A DNA stretch of 64,000 nucleotides from a virus: the IMG/VR virus record IMGVR_UViG_3300020182_000023, positions 1 to 64,000 of that record; one strand, 5' to 3'. Positions 60,393-64,000 of the stretch are shown piece by piece. A program made the position numbers and the translations under genes. Numbering within the stretch: the first letter of the stretch is position 1; each line of letters starts with the position of its first letter. The notes beneath the pieces were generated by a model that had not been told where the DNA came from, did not search any database, and saw only the letters and a program-made list of their open reading frames with translations.

Positions 60393-60519
60393 TTAACTTG
60401 GTTAGGGGGTTATTTTTTTTGTCACAATTATATGATAAATTTGTGACGAGATTCCGTATTTATAGGAACGTGTTTTATGGAATAGGAGTAACCAACCTAT
60501 AAAGAAGTTCGAGGTCTGT

Positions 60520-61176
60520 TTAATCAGTTAATTCGTAAGAGTACATAAACCCATCTCTAGTCACCCCATTTCGTTTTATGCAACCACACACAGTTCCTCC
60601 GCTATACCCCATTTCCCTTTCACATTCAGCCGCACTACCAAACTCTTTAATAAACACACCATCACTGAACTGATACACCGTCTTAGACCTATTGTGTTTA
60701 TACCCTGATTTACCTAACCAACTTGGGGGCTTACGGTTTAACCCGTTATCTATAGCGTGTTTTATTTGCTCGGACTGCGTGTACCATTCTAGATTTGATA
60801 TATGGTTATTAGTTTTATTACCGTCTATATGATTTACTGTTTCTTTTTTTTCTGGGTTTGGAATAAAACCTAAAGCCACTAGTCTATGTACGGAGATTTG
60901 AACAGATTTATTGCCGACCCTTAACGTTACAAACAAATAACCACTATTCCAATACGATTGCTTAAGCTCTTTTCTTGATTTCGTTGAGAATATGCGCCCG
61001 TCATCATAGATTAAATATCCTTTATAGAGTTCTGTGTAATTTCCCTTCAGCGGGGTATATGATTTATCTATGTTACGACAATCCTTACAGGTTGAGTTCC
61101 TTATACCATTAGCTTTGTTTTTCCAATGAAAACTAGAATCAACCTTCTTTATTTTACATTTGTTACATTTTTTCAT
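60520..61176 (-). CDS. HNH homing endonuclease
   Basis: CxxC..CxxC N-terminus, VHRLVA..VNHIDGNK.NN..NLEW, NUMOD1-like tail. Confidence 0.9.
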   Translation of the reverse strand: MKKCNKCKIKKVDSSFHWKNKANGIRNSTCKDCRNIDKSYTPLKGNYTELYKGYLIYDDGRIFSTKSRKELKQSYWNSGYLFVTLRVGNKSVQISVHRLVALGFIPNPEKKETVNHIDGNKTNNHISNLEWYTQSEQIKHAIDNGLNRKPPSWLGKSGYKHNRSKTVYQFSDGVFIKEFGSAAECEREMGYSGGTVCGCIKRNGVTRDGFMYSYELTD

Positions 61177-61217
61177 ATAACAAAGATAATAAAAAATATC
61201 TATATGTGGGCTACCAA

Positions 61218-61673
61218 TTAAATCAGCTCCAGATGCGGCATATCGAGAAACCTTTGGTCATAGACTAATGTTCCGTCCATATCCCAATTAGCGCCACTCC
61301 TAGTTCTGTGTGTTATTTCACATTCGTTCAATAAATGCTTACCGCAAGCAGTGAATACGCCCACTAAATACATTAAGTGGTTCTTATCAAACGCCAAATC
61401 CTTTCTATTTGGTACTGCCGCAATAAAATCAAATGCTAAAGAGGGTGAGTAGTTATGCTTACCCTTCTTATTAATTCCATCTATCTTTGACTTACCTTCA
61501 TTAAACAGCTTTTGCTGGCGCTCTACGGTTCTTTCTCCTTCTATAATGGTAAAGTCTACTTGAGATACTTTAAGCGCCATATCAATTATCTTCTGCAAGT
61601 CTGGGTGCAGTGTATTATAATTATCCTTACTTCTCTTTCCTAGTTTAAAACTCATAATAATTCTTTTTTCCAT
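61218..61673 (-). CDS. Endolysin, peptidase M15 (L-Ala-D-Glu type)
   Basis: EG.RT.ERQ..L, KH..AFD, D.PH.EL. Confidence 0.9.
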   Translation of the reverse strand: MEKRIIMSFKLGKRSKDNYNTLHPDLQKIIDMALKVSQVDFTIIEGERTVERQQKLFNEGKSKIDGINKKGKHNYSPSLAFDFIAAVPNRKDLAFDKNHLMYLVGVFTACGKHLLNECEITHRTRSGANWDMDGTLVYDQRFLDMPHLELI

Positions 61674-62074
61674 TCAGAAGGCAATGACTTATCCGCAAAT
61701 TTAAAGCCGTTCTTCTTGCTCCAAATAGCGTATGTAGTCTTACTACCTTTTATTATTTTCTTTTGGCTATCCCCGAATATAAATCGTATATCTAAATCAG
61801 GGTTCTGTTTCTTTACAGCGAGCATCTTCCTGCGGTCACTAGAATCTAAAAAACCTTTTACCTCTATTATCATAGTAGTACCATCTTTCTTCTCTAAAAT
61901 AAAGTCAGGACAATACTTATGGTCTATAACGTAACTTATCTTTTCGGTTTCATACCCAAAGTCTACACTCCTTGCTTTAAGGTTCTTTGCAAACTCACGC
62001 TCTAAATTAGAACGGTAAGGGTCTTTATTACTTCGTTTTCCTTTTCCACCTTTACTTCTTCTGCCTCTTGCCAT
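61652..62074 (-). CDS. T7 endonuclease I-like Holliday junction resolvase
   Basis: YRS.LE, Y.PDF, IEVKG, DIRFIF, TTY..W. Confidence 0.9.
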   Translation of the reverse strand: MARGRRSKGGKGKRSNKDPYRSNLEREFAKNLKARSVDFGYETEKISYVIDHKYCPDFILEKKDGTTMIIEVKGFLDSSDRRKMLAVKKQNPDLDIRFIFGDSQKKIIKGSKTTYAIWSKKNGFKFADKSLPSEWKKELL

Positions 62075-62092
62075 TATGTAAAGATACTATTT

Positions 62093-62326
62093 TTATGCAC
62101 GAAACTCTTCTTGCTTATCTGGAGTAATGCCGAATTTTAGAAGTCTAGCTAAATATGCAGCTTCAGTATCATACTCTTCGCAAGTCCAATATGAATCCTC
62201 AAATGTGGTTAGTTGATATAAGGCACTATCAAAGTAGTGAGATGGGAAACCATCATCGAAGAAGATTAACCATTTATTTTCAGTTGTTGTTATGTTTACT
62301 ATAGCCATAATTTTATTTTTATGCAC
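62093..62326 (-). CDS. Small fibre-associated protein
   Basis: ORF; likely start MAIVN; ends KQEEFRA. Confidence 0.55.
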   Translation of the reverse strand: MHKNKIMAIVNITTTENKWLIFFDDGFPSHYFDSALYQLTTFEDSYWTCEEYDTEAAYLARLLKFGITPDKQEEFRA

Positions 62327-62534
62327 GAAACTCTTCTTGCTTTAGGTTTTCTTTAGCCCAAGCATTAAATGTTTTATTGTCTCCAATTATTTCAACGTTA
62401 GCATCTGATGTTGATTGCTTTCCCTCATAGCCTTCTAAAGTGCTATTGTCGTTTAAAATAATAGTTCTGCCGCTTGTCCAGACGTTATCGGCTGGCGTTG
62501 TTCCGTTTGTTTTTATGTATCCGTAATAGTTCAT
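62319..62534 (-). CDS. Small fibre-associated protein
   Basis: Follows the LamG gene; ends KQEEFRA. Confidence 0.6.
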   Translation of the reverse strand: MNYYGYIKTNGTTPADNVWTSGRTIILNDNSTLEGYEGKQSTSDANVEIIGDNKTFNAWAKENLKQEEFRA

Positions 62535-62543
62535 AGTTTTATT

Positions 62544-63266
62544 TTAATGTGGTACCCATGCGCTTGGCAGGGTGAAGTTGTTTAAAGCAAAATCAATAGC
62601 ATTGCCGCTTGAATCTACCGCTATACTATCTGTGCCTGATTCGTCTAATCTTAAATAAAATTTCGGAGATGCTATTACGTTTGTCGCTAAATCTCCAGAA
62701 CCGCTATTATAAAATGCAGATAGTTCCGATGGCGTAGCTTGATGATTGTCATAGTAAGCGATTTCATCTAAAATAACTGGCGACTTGTAATTGTTGTTAG
62801 ACGCATAACCTATTCTTGTAGTGTTTGGCATTGTCCCATAGCCACCCGCGCCTCTATTAGATAAGGTCACGCCATTTAGATTGCATATGAATCCAGTTGA
62901 CCCTGAGTTCGTTTTCAATCCAGTAATAGCAACGTGATTCCATTGATTTGCGGTAGGCTGTGTTTGAGCGCCAAACCCAATGCTATTAGATGAGAAATTA
63001 ACTGTTATTCCAGAGTAAAGTCCCCTAGAACTATTAGCAGTACCAATTACCATACTTTGACCAATTGTAGACTTCAAATTGATAAAATGCAAAAAAGTAT
63101 TAATGTCGCCTTGTAGATAAAACCAAAACGATATTGTAAAATAATTACTTGTATCATATAAAGTATTGTCGTTTGAATCGCTCAAATGGTCGTTTACCCC
63201 GTCAAAGTCCAAAGCATTACCAAAGGAAAAAGAGGGTGTTCCTGATTCTATTCTTATATATTTCAT
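62544..63266 (-). CDS. LamG/concanavalin-like virion adhesin
   Basis: NALDFDGVND, WNHV, LDEIA, ends WVPH; paralog of the LamG domain in 1634..3901. Confidence 0.85.
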   Translation of the reverse strand: MKYIRIESGTPSFSFGNALDFDGVNDHLSDSNDNTLYDTSNYFTISFWFYLQGDINTFLHFINLKSTIGQSMVIGTANSSRGLYSGITVNFSSNSIGFGAQTQPTANQWNHVAITGLKTNSGSTGFICNLNGVTLSNRGAGGYGTMPNTTRIGYASNNNYKSPVILDEIAYYDNHQATPSELSAFYNSGSGDLATNVIASPKFYLRLDESGTDSIAVDSSGNAIDFALNNFTLPSAWVPH

Positions 63267-63394
63267 TAAGCTAAGTTTCTAATTCCTGTTAATAAAATAC
63301 TTAAATTCTCGCAGCTTGAATTACTTGAAACTGTTATTTCTACGTTGTCCCCAATTGATACAGCGTTGTCTGTTGTATATCCGTAGTATTGCAT
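63266..63394 (-). pseudogene. Chimeric 42-aa fibre fragment
   Basis: MQYYGY (compare MNYYGY of 62534) fused to TTDNAVSIGDNVEITVSS.. Confidence 0.45.
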
Positions 63395-63592
63395 AGTCTC
63401 CTTTTAATTTAAAATGAACCAATCACTACTTAATGACTGAGTTTCTTTTAGCCTATCTGATGAATAGCTAAAATGTTTAATAATATAATACTTATTTTCT
63501 GTAGGATGTTTTGTTGGGTTACTCCAATTATCACCTTTAAAGTAACCTTCTGATAAAGGTACGGTTTCATCATAATCTTTACATTCATCTGG

Positions 63593-64000
63593 TTAAATAC
63601 CCCCATCTGTAATTGCCCAACCTTTTCCAACTAAACTTGCCCTTGCTGTTGAACTTGCTGCCGTATATTTAGCCGTTCCAAAACTTATATTTATTGGAGT
63701 TTGGACTGGTCTAGAATCCCAACCATTATAGATAGCATCTAGGTTAGCTGCGCTAAAGGTAGAAGGAGTTTTAGTGCCCATAAAATTTACAAAATCCGTG
63801 ACATTCGAAACATTCCAACTTCCTAAATTTTGGTCAAATGCTGGTGCATTATCAAACATCCAAAACATATTAGTAACGCTACTTACATCCCACCCACCTA
63901 TATTACTGTTGAAATTATTGCAACGGCGAAACATTTGACTCATATTTAACGCACTTGTAGGAGTCCAACTTGATATATTACCATTGAAATTAGTACATTG
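63593..64000 (-). CDS. Second BspA/DUF285 fibre gene, 3' part (partial)
   Basis: 409/414 nt identical to the end of 1634..3901; frame open to the window edge. Confidence 0.85.
   Translation of the reverse strand, partial: QCTNFNGNISSWTPTSALNMSQMFRRCNNFNSNIGGWDVSSVTNMFWMFDNAPAFDQNLGSWNVSNVTDFVNFMGTKTPSTFSAANLDAIYNGWDSRPVQTPINISFGTAKYTAASSTARASLVGKGWAITDGGI

Noticed and set aside
60421-60519. Possible tRNA (GTTCGA near 60506)
   Set aside because: No cloverleaf could be built; only a simple GTCACAA/TTGTGAC hairpin
63448-63630. 60-aa ORF in the track
   Set aside because: Overlaps the fibre stop; the alternative frame 63404-63592 looks more protein-like
63587-64000. DGR template/variable repeat pair with 1628..2041
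   Set aside because: Coding-strand differences are A/G, C/A, A/T, A/G and T/G, so not adenine-specific from either copy; no reverse transcriptase in the window
63587-64000. Simple circular overlap or terminal repeat
   Set aside because: The copies differ at 5 positions and have different downstream genes

Overview
This window is most of a circularly permuted, AT-rich podovirus-type phage genome with a crAss-like head/tail gene set, most likely infecting Bacteroidota (Flavobacteriia), judged from TAnnTTTG promoters, the lack of Shine-Dalgarno leaders and the gene families. The minus strand (about 1-35.2 kb and 60.5-64 kb) carries terminase, portal, scaffold, major capsid, tail ring/stabilisation proteins, large ejection proteins, LamG/DUF285 fibres, lysis genes and a tandem-GroES protein. 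The plus strand (about 35.5-60.4 kb) carries early/accessory genes, a replication-initiator-like protein, primase-helicase, ERF, SSB, nucleases and several HNH homing endonucleases. I saw no DNA polymerase, virion RNA polymerase motif, integrase, tRNA or CRISPR. Most notable: (1) about ten attC-like AAC...GTT palindromes delimit small accessory genes, and the two ends of individual genes are complementary to each other, as in integron cassettes, but there is no integrase and the sites appear to fold on the top strand; (2) three sequence-unrelated 5' leaders share one kissing-loop architecture; (3) a catalytic-core-only HisRS; (4) a three-domain GroES; (5) homing endonucleases that left orphaned 5' gene ends or duplicated flanks. 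All product calls come from motif recognition, not database searches.
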